Source: an uncultured virus (IMG/VR IMGVR_UViG_3300042520_003480) (Duplodnaviria > Heunggongvirae > Uroviricota > Caudoviricetes). Taken from it: 64,000 nucleotides of DNA. The notes beneath the pieces are model-generated. The model was not told the origin of the DNA, made no database searches, and saw only the letters and a list, made by a program, of their open reading frames with translations. Location: the IMG/VR virus record IMGVR_UViG_3300042520_003480; one strand, given 5' to 3'. Of this stretch, positions 36,729 through 45,844 are shown in pieces. The number at the start of each line of letters is the position of its first letter. The first letter of the stretch is position 1. The translations under genes and the position numbers were made by a program.

Positions 36729-38156
36729 TCAATCTTGCTTTGGACTTTCAACGTTTTTTTCTTCACTGGAAGCAACTTTTGTTAAGTTTATTAACAAATC
36801 TTCTTTTTCGATGTAATTGCGAATATACCCATTTGATGTTCTAAACACTCTAAATGTCAAGAAAGGTGTTCCTGAAATTTTATCAAAAATTGAAATGATT
36901 GGTCGTGTTTTATTAGAGAAAGTTGCTGCAAGGTGAATTTTATCGTGAACGACGGTGTCGGCTAATTTTTTAAAGTTTAAGCTGTAATAACCTTTATCCG
37001 TAAATTGTACTAATCTTAAATGAGGTTCCCCTAGTGCCCCATATTTTATTACTCCCTTTGTGATATTTTGAACAGCGGAGCGATAATTCGTGACAAACGC
37101 GTTTGATAGCTGATTTGCTGCTTCTTCATATGCGATTTCGTAAGCAGTTTCGATGCTAGCACTTCCTAAAAACGTACTTTCTGCTGCACCTATACTAATT
37201 CCAAAATCCTTCCAAAGAGATTCGAGAATTTCATACTGCTTTTGTCGACCAGCTCTTTCTCCACCACTTCCCTTTTGTCCTATTATTTTCGTATTTCCTT
37301 CTTTTATGCTTAATACATACCGTTTTAGTACTTTGTTATTGGCTTTTAGTGTAACATCTACTTTGCTTGTAGCCTCAAAAGAAACACCATCGCTAATTAC
37401 CTCTACGTAATCGTGTTGTTCGTTTCCTTCAAAGTGATTTGCATATCGGGGAGCTGTGCGGTTAGTATAAGATACAATTCCGTCCATTTGATTTTCTGAA
37501 ATAAGAAGCCTTACTGTATCAACACTTAAAAAAGATTGCATGGGGAGAGCCTTTAATCTAACTTCAAGCTTAAACGTATCTTCAACTCCTTCTTTGCCTT
37601 CAACGCGCTTTGTTAGAGTTTTAAAAGTCGTTGAGTCTTGTTCTGTTTCTGATAACTCTTGAATTGTTTTATATACATCGTCTGCTGTAATTTCTTCATT
37701 AGGTCTTGCTTTAAGTCTAGCAAAAAGAGCTGCTCCCAACACTCCTTCGATAATTTGACCTCTATTTCCGAACGATTTTCCTTTTAACGCTGCTGTTTTA
37801 ACAATGTGTCTTACCTTAATATTAGCGGGAACGTTGTCAATTGTACCCGTCAATGTTGTATCTCTGGCTGCTTGGGGATCTCTTATTGTATATAATATGC
37901 GTTGACCTGGGTCCGGGGTAAATTCTTTTTCGAGTCCTTTTAGCATCACTGGAAAAGAAACTACTGGATTACTGGCAAGAAAATCATTTATTTTATCGTA
38001 GTATCCGGGTAAGCTGGCTGGAGTAGCTGGTCCAATGATCGACTCACTAATAGTGTCGATTTCTCCATATGCTCTGGTTAATGTTTCAGGAAACCAACCC
38101 TCTTTAATTTCCTTTTTGTAGACCTGTTCGTAAGCTTTTTTTAGGCGGTAATCCAT
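36729..38156 (-). CDS. Putative PD-(D/E)xK nuclease-like protein
   Basis: NRGQIIEG helix, KVDV and LSIK resemble a restriction-endonuclease core. Confidence 0.5.
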   Translation of the reverse strand: MDYRLKKAYEQVYKKEIKEGWFPETLTRAYGEIDTISESIIGPATPASLPGYYDKINDFLASNPVVSFPVMLKGLEKEFTPDPGQRILYTIRDPQAARDTTLTGTIDNVPANIKVRHIVKTAALKGKSFGNRGQIIEGVLGAALFARLKARPNEEITADDVYKTIQELSETEQDSTTFKTLTKRVEGKEGVEDTFKLEVRLKALPMQSFLSVDTVRLLISENQMDGIVSYTNRTAPRYANHFEGNEQHDYVEVISDGVSFEATSKVDVTLKANNKVLKRYVLSIKEGNTKIIGQKGSGGERAGRQKQYEILESLWKDFGISIGAAESTFLGSASIETAYEIAYEEAANQLSNAFVTNYRSAVQNITKGVIKYGALGEPHLRLVQFTDKGYYSLNFKKLADTVVHDKIHLAATFSNKTRPIISIFDKISGTPFLTFRVFRTSNGYIRNYIEKEDLLINLTKVASSEEKNVESPKQD

Positions 38157-38167
38157 TTGTTTAATTA

Positions 38168-38431
38168 TTAGGATTCTTCTTCTTCGTCCTCATCTCCTTC
38201 TTCTGAGTCTTCATCTGCTAATTCAACAAATCCAATAATAACATTTCTTGGGGTGCATATTCCCAAAGCCCCTAAAAACCTATGAAACGCATCTAATAAC
38301 GTTTCTACGGAAGTATTTTCTCCGTCTAAAGAAATTTCAATGTTTTGATGTAATTCAGGAGAGGTGAAAGAAAACTTGACTCGAGCGTTTGGCTCGAGCT
38401 TAGATTCTGAAAGGTCAAAAGGAAGCCTCAT
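38168..38431 (-). CDS. Small acidic hypothetical protein
   Basis: LLDAFHRFLGALG, similar to 54250..54462. Confidence 0.6.
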   Translation of the reverse strand: MRLPFDLSESKLEPNARVKFSFTSPELHQNIEISLDGENTSVETLLDAFHRFLGALGICTPRNVIIGFVELADEDSEEGDEDEEEES

Positions 38432-38561
38432 AATAGATTACTTATTAAAATGACAAACAAAAGCTAATTGGAATAAGTAGTATAGATGTCAGTCTATAAG
38501 ATGCATCCTAAAATTATATTTCCGAATGAGGCTTCACTCGAAGTCTTTATATTTTTTACTC

Positions 38562-39329
38562 ATGAAAAAAAACAAAGCAACACCTAAAACGGCTCAACCT
38601 ATACAACAAGAACAATCCTCTAAAGATACTTCACCAAGAGTTCATCAAAGAGATAAAATAGATTTTAATTTAAATTTAAGAGGATTAGATTGGTCTGAAA
38701 AGCAAAAGGCCTTTATTGAATTAGCTACCAACAAAGATACAAAAATTATATTTTTATCCGGACCTGCTGGAACTTCTAAATCAATTTTAGCTGTTTATTG
38801 TGCTTTACATTTATTGAACGAAAGGAAAGTTAGTGACATTATCTATGTGCGCACAATTGTCGAAAGTGCTGCTCAATCTATGGGTACACTTCCAGGAGAC
38901 GAAAATTCCAAATTAAAATTTTTCGTGTCTGTTTTAAATGACAAACTAGAGGAATTGTTGCCTGCTGGGGACATTAAACGACTACATACAGACGAGCGCG
39001 TAAAAGGCATGCCCGTAAACTATTTACGGGGAGCTTCTTATAACGCTAAAGCTGTAATTGTTGATGAAGCTCAAAATGGGACATTTAATGAATTGTTAAC
39101 TTGTCTTACTCGTATAGGAAAATTTACAAAGTATTTTATTTTAGGAGATCCTATGCAATCAGACTTGAGACACAAAGAACAATCGGGATTTAAACCCATG
39201 TTTGATATTTTTAATACACAAGAAGCTCAAGAACAAGGCATTTATTGTGTTGAATTCACTAAAGAAGATATAATGCGATCTGAAATACTTAAATTTATTA
39301 TTGAGCAGGTAGAAAAGTATAAAAACTAA
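38562..39329 (+). CDS. phoH: PhoH-family ATPase (probable start MKKNK at 38562)
   Basis: GPAGTSKS, MGTLPG, YLRGAS, VDEAQN, LTRIG and GDPMQSD. Confidence 0.95.
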   Translation: MKKNKATPKTAQPIQQEQSSKDTSPRVHQRDKIDFNLNLRGLDWSEKQKAFIELATNKDTKIIFLSGPAGTSKSILAVYCALHLLNERKVSDIIYVRTIVESAAQSMGTLPGDENSKLKFFVSVLNDKLEELLPAGDIKRLHTDERVKGMPVNYLRGASYNAKAVIVDEAQNGTFNELLTCLTRIGKFTKYFILGDPMQSDLRHKEQSGFKPMFDIFNTQEAQEQGIYCVEFTKEDIMRSEILKFIIEQVEKYKN

Positions 39330-39347
39330 AAAAACTTAAGTAACCTG

Positions 39348-39842
39348 ATGTCAAACAAGGGAATTATACATCATTTATATACAAAGAATGAATGTGAAGC
39401 TATTGAATTTTTGTATAAAGAAGAACCTGATCTAAGAAAACCCGTTGTAGAAGCAATAGGAAATAAACTTATTGTTGCTTCAGAAAAATTTGTTAATACG
39501 ACTTTTTTGAATGCAATGCATTTAATTTGTTTAACAGCAAAATTTGCTGATTCGGAAGACGAGTGCTATCGAGTTGCTGTTACTATATGTCAGTTTTGCA
39601 ACAAAACAAAAGATTTATTGCCTTCAATAACTCAAGACAAAGGAATACTGTTTGCAAATAAAACCTTGATTTCTTTATCTTTTTTTTCACAAGCAATGAA
39701 AAGAAGATGGATGCATAAAGGAGCCCCCTCTCCTCAATTCTATAGAAAGATTTCTAAAACGGTTTATGAATCTCATGGTCAAAAAGATATTTCTAGACAC
39801 CATGAACAATGGGAGGCTTTTCTTGGGGAACGGTTAATTTGA
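39348..39842 (+). CDS. Hypothetical protein
   Basis: 164-aa ORF with CTTAAGTA 5 nt upstream. Confidence 0.65.
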   Translation: MSNKGIIHHLYTKNECEAIEFLYKEEPDLRKPVVEAIGNKLIVASEKFVNTTFLNAMHLICLTAKFADSEDECYRVAVTICQFCNKTKDLLPSITQDKGILFANKTLISLSFFSQAMKRRWMHKGAPSPQFYRKISKTVYESHGQKDISRHHEQWEAFLGERLI

Positions 39843-39872
39843 TTTTTAAAAATTTTCATATAAATTTATACA

Positions 39873-40397
39873 ATGCAACCTTTATCTAATTTTTTGACTG
39901 AAGAAGAAATAAACAAACAAGCCAACATACTTCAAACCATACAGGAAACTCTTAGTTCAGCAAGAGAACTAAACTCAGCTTTCAAAGCATCCTTGAGTTC
40001 TATTCCAGTTCATCCATATGATTTTTATAAGCAGCAATACATTGAGCCAGATTATGTGCCCATTACATTTGAACAAGTTGAAGCTCCTGCAGATTTCTGT
40101 CACAAAACTTGTTTGTGTCAAATTTCTGCCATTTCTCAGCAATTTTCTAAAAACGTATTGACTCAAGTCGAGGCTTTATCTACAGGAAAAGTACCAGATG
40201 ACTGTAACGCCTTTATGGGGTTATCTGCCACTGAGAACGGAGAAGAATTTGTGATAGATAGAGAACGAGCTGGAAATTATTTAAAATTTGTAGAGATGAT
40301 TAAAACAATTCCAATTGAAGCAGTGAATAGAAATCCTGAAGAATTAGCAAAAAAGGTTATTTCTCAGTATATTAAAATGTTGGGATCTTTTAAATAA
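39873..40397 (+). CDS. Hypothetical protein
   Basis: 174-aa ORF containing CHKTCLC. Confidence 0.6.
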   Translation: MQPLSNFLTEEEINKQANILQTIQETLSSARELNSAFKASLSSIPVHPYDFYKQQYIEPDYVPITFEQVEAPADFCHKTCLCQISAISQQFSKNVLTQVEALSTGKVPDDCNAFMGLSATENGEEFVIDRERAGNYLKFVEMIKTIPIEAVNRNPEELAKKVISQYIKMLGSFK

Positions 40398-40402
40398 CTT
40401 TG

Positions 40403-41872
40403 TTATTTCATAAACGGTCCCGATTCTCCCTGTATAGCCTTCCAAGCAGCAACAAAAATACTGCCTACTGATTGGAAAAGAGCTATTCCTGCCTCTAGAG
40501 CACCTGTTGATTGTTTGTGCAACGGAGCTGAAGCGGAAACTCCTCCTTGCTTTCCTCTAACTTCTCCTGCTGAGTCTGCTGAGTAATCGAGGTCGGGAAC
40601 TCTGACTTCATGGGTATGCATAGCATCAGGTAATGCGTGAACGTGAGGAAAATTGTTTAATAATACAGGAGAAGTGACTATTCCTACTATAGGTCCAACA
40701 GTTGTACCCGTGGGAGAAGCAAGACATGGAACGAGACCTACCATTGAAACAATCGTGCCTGGTAGAATGTATCCGGTTGTAGTTAATTCGTACGGACGCA
40801 TTAGATAAGTCATATTTAAAATCTTATCTCTAATTCCTTCAATAAACCGCAAACTTAACATTTGCTGAGCTTCAACTGGATTGGTAGCTTTGCTTAACAC
40901 AAAGCCAATTGTATCTTTGAGTGCTGCTGGAATACCCTCTGCTCCTAATCCTCCCCAAAAAGCAGGTCCTCCATACATGTCGCTATTAGAAGAGGGTTTT
41001 GTCATTTCGTTACGACCACTACATTCCGCTTTTACAAAAGAAAGACTTTCCGCGTGCATATGACCTCCTACCATTAGGTTGCCTGTATTGCTAATTGTTC
41101 CTTTTACAAAAAAGTGTCCATCCGTAGGAGACACTTCGATGCTTCGACCGGAAATATCAACAACATCTCCTTGTAGAGATAATCTTCCCGTTTGAGTTCC
41201 GAGTAAAATTTCAGGAGCAGTAAACCTAGTAATCCCTCCGCTTATTGTCAAGGGACCTCCTGTTGTAATGTCGATTCCTTGAGCTCCAGCGAGAACGGTG
41301 AATTTATTAGAGCATTTGATCATGTAGTGACCGCCAGGAGAGGCAAGAGAGTTTATTCCTTGTACGTGATTACATTTTCCTCCTTCTGGAAATTGAGGAC
41401 CTGCTTTTTTGGTGTTTACCTTACCTGGGTCAATTAACCCTTTGTTTCTAACACTTTTCTCTTTATCAACACGATAAGAAGGAGCGTTATTCATTCCTAA
41501 CCCTACTTCTAGCAGATCGCACCCTTGTATAATAGTATATCTGTTTCCGCAAGGAGGAGCTAGTTTGCTTTCAAGTTCTAATAATTCTTTTGATTTACTT
41601 TGAGCTATAGATTTAACTTGCTCAATTTTAGCAGTATCATCTGAAGGATCTTTTAAAGTTCCTTTTCCGTCACAAGCTGAGCACTTTCCTTTTAACGCCG
41701 AACTTTTTGAGACAGGCATTTTTTCTTTTAAATAACTCAGCAAAGCTGTAGGTATTCTTATATTAAAGGATCTTTGCAAAAAACCTGTAATTGATGCAAA
41801 AACTCTACCTCCAGTTTTGGAGAGCATTGAACCTGTACAAAACGGACATTTTATTTCTCTTTGATTTGCCAT
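40403..41872 (-). CDS. Putative central-spike C-terminal part with an N-terminal Zn-finger
   Basis: CPFC...CSAC, beta-helix-like repeats and HVH...HTH near the C-terminus; directly follows gp5. Confidence 0.55.
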   Translation of the reverse strand: MANQREIKCPFCTGSMLSKTGGRVFASITGFLQRSFNIRIPTALLSYLKEKMPVSKSSALKGKCSACDGKGTLKDPSDDTAKIEQVKSIAQSKSKELLELESKLAPPCGNRYTIIQGCDLLEVGLGMNNAPSYRVDKEKSVRNKGLIDPGKVNTKKAGPQFPEGGKCNHVQGINSLASPGGHYMIKCSNKFTVLAGAQGIDITTGGPLTISGGITRFTAPEILLGTQTGRLSLQGDVVDISGRSIEVSPTDGHFFVKGTISNTGNLMVGGHMHAESLSFVKAECSGRNEMTKPSSNSDMYGGPAFWGGLGAEGIPAALKDTIGFVLSKATNPVEAQQMLSLRFIEGIRDKILNMTYLMRPYELTTTGYILPGTIVSMVGLVPCLASPTGTTVGPIVGIVTSPVLLNNFPHVHALPDAMHTHEVRVPDLDYSADSAGEVRGKQGGVSASAPLHKQSTGALEAGIALFQSVGSIFVAAWKAIQGESGPFMK

Positions 41873-41892
41873 TGGGATAACTTATGTTGGAA

Positions 41893-44145
41893 TTACGTTT
41901 CTGACAAAGGTTTTTGGATCTCAACAATCAATTCTTGAATTCTCTCTACTGCATCAACAGCAGGCTGGGACACGTTTCCTATTTTTACGTATACGTCTCC
42001 CATCACTACCTCATTGGTATCTCCTTGAACCCACTCTTCCTTAAACCCTAAAGTAGACTCCCATCTGTCTCCTTCAACTTGATCTCTACGATCAAATTTA
42101 GAAAAGTATTGATTGTATCCTTTGCCCATAAAGACATTGGAACCATCTTCTCCAAAAAACATGATGCTTTTTTGATCTAACATACGATCGGAGGGGTTAT
42201 TTGTGTCTTCCCATCTAATGCCTCCGACACCGTTTAAATTCATCAACCCTCCAGTTGATGTGGTTTGATTATCAGCTGTTGCTTCAGGTTTATAACCAGG
42301 TCCGTCACTGGCTAAACCGTAAGCGCTCTCCCATTCTTTGTCGGAATATGAAGCGGCAAAGTAAACAGGATATAGAGGATTACCTTCTCTAAAAAATACC
42401 CAAAGCATTGACCCAGCAGCAGGATAGGAAAATAATCCTTTGGCTACGTTATTTAAATTTTGAGTAACAACTGGTCCGTGCCTATCTGTATTGTTTACTA
42501 GCCCTCCTCCTCCGCCCGACATAGGCATTCCTGCCATATCTGCTGCATTTACATCAATTGGAGTTCCAGATGCAGTAGAAGCTAATACGGCAACTCCTAA
42601 TTGTTGATCTCTATAATTTGGATCGTATACTCCATCTTTTACATATTTACCTCCTGAGTATTGATCAGTACCCGACCATACATACGGAGAAGCAACTCCT
42701 TTTTGTCTATATCCCATTCCGTTAAATCTTTCCGCAAAATCATAAAACTGAGCATTTTGGGTAAAATCTTTTTGTTTAGCTCCAGAACCGTATTTTTGTA
42801 TAAGTTTGTGTTCTATCACTTCAGTAGAATGATCTACCCAGTTATCTGTTGGAGCATATGAGTTTGAGGAACTTCCAGCACTATCAAGGCCATCTTTGCG
42901 TACATATGAGGTAATGGAATTGCCGTTGGCAATTGATTTTGTCATACTGCCGCTACCCTCTCTCCAATGCATGGCTGCTAATTGTTCTGGATTAATTTTA
43001 TACCCTTTTGCTGCCAGATTGTCGCTAACTGCCTTATATTGACCGTAATTTTTTTGATAATTTTGTTGAAACAAACGAATGCCGGTTTTTTGTTGATTTG
43101 TTAAATTTGGAGCAACAGCTGAGGCTTGTCCACTTAAGGAGGCTGTGGATGAGGCTGTGACATCTGGATTGGCAACGCTTCCGTATTGGTTGTCTCCCTC
43201 TTTCGTGTTTATTGGAGTCGCGCTTTGGTGCACGTTTGCTGCTGCCACTTCTCCACTTAAGCTTGTTGCAGTTTTAGGTTGAGAGTTATTGCCAATTAAT
43301 GAGTTGGCTCTCTCTGCTATTCTTGCTTCTCCTTCTGCATTTGGTCTATGAAGAGTAAAATTTCCGTAGGATCCTTTTTTGTTTTCTGTTAATATTCTAT
43401 TTTGAGTAAAGTCACTAACCCAAGCTTTTCCTGTCCAAACCTGAATATGTCCATCGTTGCTTGGTCCTCCTCCGTCTGCAGCGACAATGTCTCCAACCTT
43501 CCATTGAGAGGAGTCACTCATATAATTAGATGGCAAGGAGTTAGGTGCATTGTAAAGACCGGTGCCTGTAAAACTTTGACCTTTAGAGGAACTATACAAG
43601 GTTGCGTTTGTTCCGAGCCCTCCTTCTTTCTTTGCATTAAATCTCGGGTGGCCTGTTAATGCTCCTAAAATACCTTGAGTTCCTCTCAAACAATTTCCTG
43701 GTCCTCTGTTTGTGCTATATGACGCTTTGCATTCGCTTCCTCTCGCATCATCTCCTACCCAATCTTCTGCTTCTTTATAAAGGCCTTGTAAATCTTTTAT
43801 GTCTGCAGGTTCGGCCTCAGGGCTTAAGTCAAAAACTCTGCTTACGACATCCTTGGCTCCTTGAACAAAATTTGCAATAAGATTACCTGGAGCCGAAGTG
43901 CCGCATATAGGAGAAGCTGCTTCAGCCCAAGGCAAAATCATTTCAAGTCTTTTTACAATTTCTGTTGAAAGACCATCAATCATGTTGTCTCCAGGACAAG
44001 AAATTTCAATATCATTGCCCTCTTTGTTCCAACCTTCATAAACAGAAGGCATAATATGAGGTATAAAAACTTTTACTCTTCCTCTTTTTTTGGGATCATT
44101 ATTACTAATGCACATCCCTAGATACATAGAATTATATTGTTTCAT
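41893..44145 (-). CDS. gp5: Baseplate hub gp5-like protein with inserted amidase-like and lysozyme-like domains
   Basis: NNDPKKRGRVKV...LPWA and PAAGSMLWVFFREGN.LYPVYF OB-fold motifs; insert contains NCLRG...GHIQVW...WVSDF and HWRE...ERFNGMGY...SPYVWSGT...GKYV.DG. Confidence 0.85.
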   Translation of the reverse strand: MKQYNSMYLGMCISNNDPKKRGRVKVFIPHIMPSVYEGWNKEGNDIEISCPGDNMIDGLSTEIVKRLEMILPWAEAASPICGTSAPGNLIANFVQGAKDVVSRVFDLSPEAEPADIKDLQGLYKEAEDWVGDDARGSECKASYSTNRGPGNCLRGTQGILGALTGHPRFNAKKEGGLGTNATLYSSSKGQSFTGTGLYNAPNSLPSNYMSDSSQWKVGDIVAADGGGPSNDGHIQVWTGKAWVSDFTQNRILTENKKGSYGNFTLHRPNAEGEARIAERANSLIGNNSQPKTATSLSGEVAAANVHQSATPINTKEGDNQYGSVANPDVTASSTASLSGQASAVAPNLTNQQKTGIRLFQQNYQKNYGQYKAVSDNLAAKGYKINPEQLAAMHWREGSGSMTKSIANGNSITSYVRKDGLDSAGSSSNSYAPTDNWVDHSTEVIEHKLIQKYGSGAKQKDFTQNAQFYDFAERFNGMGYRQKGVASPYVWSGTDQYSGGKYVKDGVYDPNYRDQQLGVAVLASTASGTPIDVNAADMAGMPMSGGGGGLVNNTDRHGPVVTQNLNNVAKGLFSYPAAGSMLWVFFREGNPLYPVYFAASYSDKEWESAYGLASDGPGYKPEATADNQTTSTGGLMNLNGVGGIRWEDTNNPSDRMLDQKSIMFFGEDGSNVFMGKGYNQYFSKFDRRDQVEGDRWESTLGFKEEWVQGDTNEVVMGDVYVKIGNVSQPAVDAVERIQELIVEIQKPLSET

Positions 44146-44151
44146 AGGTTT

Positions 44152-45612
44152 TTATTGAGATCTTAATGAAGGTGGTATTGTTACTGTTATGGTGGGGTCT
44201 ATTGTAGATGGAGTGGAAGGGGGAGTAATCGAAATTCCATTTACTACTAAAGGAGTGTTGGCGTTAAACTTTAGGTTATCAGGCATTGTTACTGTTACTT
44301 CTGGAGGAGAAGGTTGAGCTGGGGATTCGTTAGTTTTTGCTTCAAGTAAAGGAGCTCTTGGAGTTTGCTGAACTGGAACGCCTTGTACTGTTGAGATATC
44401 TGGATTTGTTGATGCTGGCTTAATTTCTTGAGGCTGAGCTTCTTGCAAGTCGTTAATTGGCGGCTTTTCCATTGCTCTATTTAAAAACGGACCAATGACA
44501 TCTAATTGACTTTGATATTGTTGCAGTGCTAATCCTATTACTCCTTGACTTAAAGTCTCCAACGACCCTCCAATACTATACCCCAAATTTCCGACAAATC
44601 CTAAACCAGGAATCTTAGAAATCTCTTGCATTTGAGACTTAACCGAAGCTGGGATCATGTTTGATAATAATTTGTCGGGATTTCTAAGCATGCCAAGTGT
44701 TTCTCCAACTTCAGGTGGAAGATATTGTTCTGCTAGCGAAACCGGATTTCTTAGTGTTGATTCAATTTGAGAGGAAATTGAAGTAACCTGATTTACAACA
44801 TTAAGAACTCCTGAAAACCCTCCTGCAAATTGACCTGCAAAATTAATTAAATCTCCAAGCTCTCCAAGTGCCTCTAAAAATTCCATAATAGCACTAATTG
44901 GCACAATAGAATCTAACACTCCTCCAGGACCAAAAAAAAAGTTAAAAACAGAAGACATCAAACTATCAATTAGTTCTGACATTTCCGTCATAATTTCCAT
45001 TAAGCCGTTGTATATGTCTGATGCTATTGCAAATGGTACAGATAGTATTGCGTCTGCTGCTAGAGCTAAATTGCGAACACTTCCTATTACTTGCCCCGGA
45101 AGATTGGCTAATTCGTTTACTTTATATTTTTTAAATGTAGCGTCTAATTTGTTTGCAAAATCCGGATTAACTTTGTCTACTAGAGCTGTCAAAGAGCTTG
45201 CTAAAACGAACGGAGCTCCAAGCGGGTCTCTTGCCATGTTAGTAAGCATTCCAAGAGTTTGACCCGTGGCTGAGGAAACCGGTGTCAATAGCTTGTTTAA
45301 GTTTTCTTGAACTCCTTGTATCTCGTGAGTCACTTCAGTAGTAAATTTGTCGATTCCTGTTGCAACTGGAGTCAAAGTGGAAGCTACAGCATTTTGAGCT
45401 TTAATTTCAACAGAGAACAAAGTTTGTATTGCGTTACGAGTGTAACGATCCATACCTAGCTCTTTGCTCTTTTGAGCGGACAGACCATCAGTAGCATTGC
45501 TTTGAAATAAGTCATTCAAATAAACTCCCATGGCTGGTCTTGTGCGAGCAAGAGTTCTTATCTTTTCTTCAGTAGAAGCTGAGTTGATATTTTTTGTTCC
45601 AACTAGTGACAT
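44152..45612 (-). CDS. Helical baseplate-region hypothetical protein
   Basis: 486-aa ORF upstream of gp5 with a Pro/Thr-rich tail. Confidence 0.55.
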   Translation of the reverse strand: MSLVGTKNINSASTEEKIRTLARTRPAMGVYLNDLFQSNATDGLSAQKSKELGMDRYTRNAIQTLFSVEIKAQNAVASTLTPVATGIDKFTTEVTHEIQGVQENLNKLLTPVSSATGQTLGMLTNMARDPLGAPFVLASSLTALVDKVNPDFANKLDATFKKYKVNELANLPGQVIGSVRNLALAADAILSVPFAIASDIYNGLMEIMTEMSELIDSLMSSVFNFFFGPGGVLDSIVPISAIMEFLEALGELGDLINFAGQFAGGFSGVLNVVNQVTSISSQIESTLRNPVSLAEQYLPPEVGETLGMLRNPDKLLSNMIPASVKSQMQEISKIPGLGFVGNLGYSIGGSLETLSQGVIGLALQQYQSQLDVIGPFLNRAMEKPPINDLQEAQPQEIKPASTNPDISTVQGVPVQQTPRAPLLEAKTNESPAQPSPPEVTVTMPDNLKFNANTPLVVNGISITPPSTPSTIDPTITVTIPPSLRSQ

Positions 45613-45656
45613 TTATCTTTAATTAACTAAGTTTGTTGATAATTAAACAAAATTGT

Positions 45657-45836
45657 ATGTACAGCAAATACCACGAAATCGAAGCAATTGTAGAAGATAT
45701 AATAGAGAATGTAATCATTGAGGCATTTGAGGGAAGTTTTTCATCCAAAAAAGAATGCAACGTGGCTTTAGATTTATTAAAAACAAAATTAGAAGAGCTG
45801 GAAGACGACATTTTTGATGACTTTTATGATAATTAG
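45657..45836 (+). CDS. Small acidic hypothetical protein (probable start MYSKY)
   Basis: ORF filling the gap before the fibre gene. Confidence 0.5.
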   Translation: MYSKYHEIEAIVEDIIENVIIEAFEGSFSSKKECNVALDLLKTKLEELEDDIFDDFYDN

Positions 45837-45844
45837 TATGTAAA

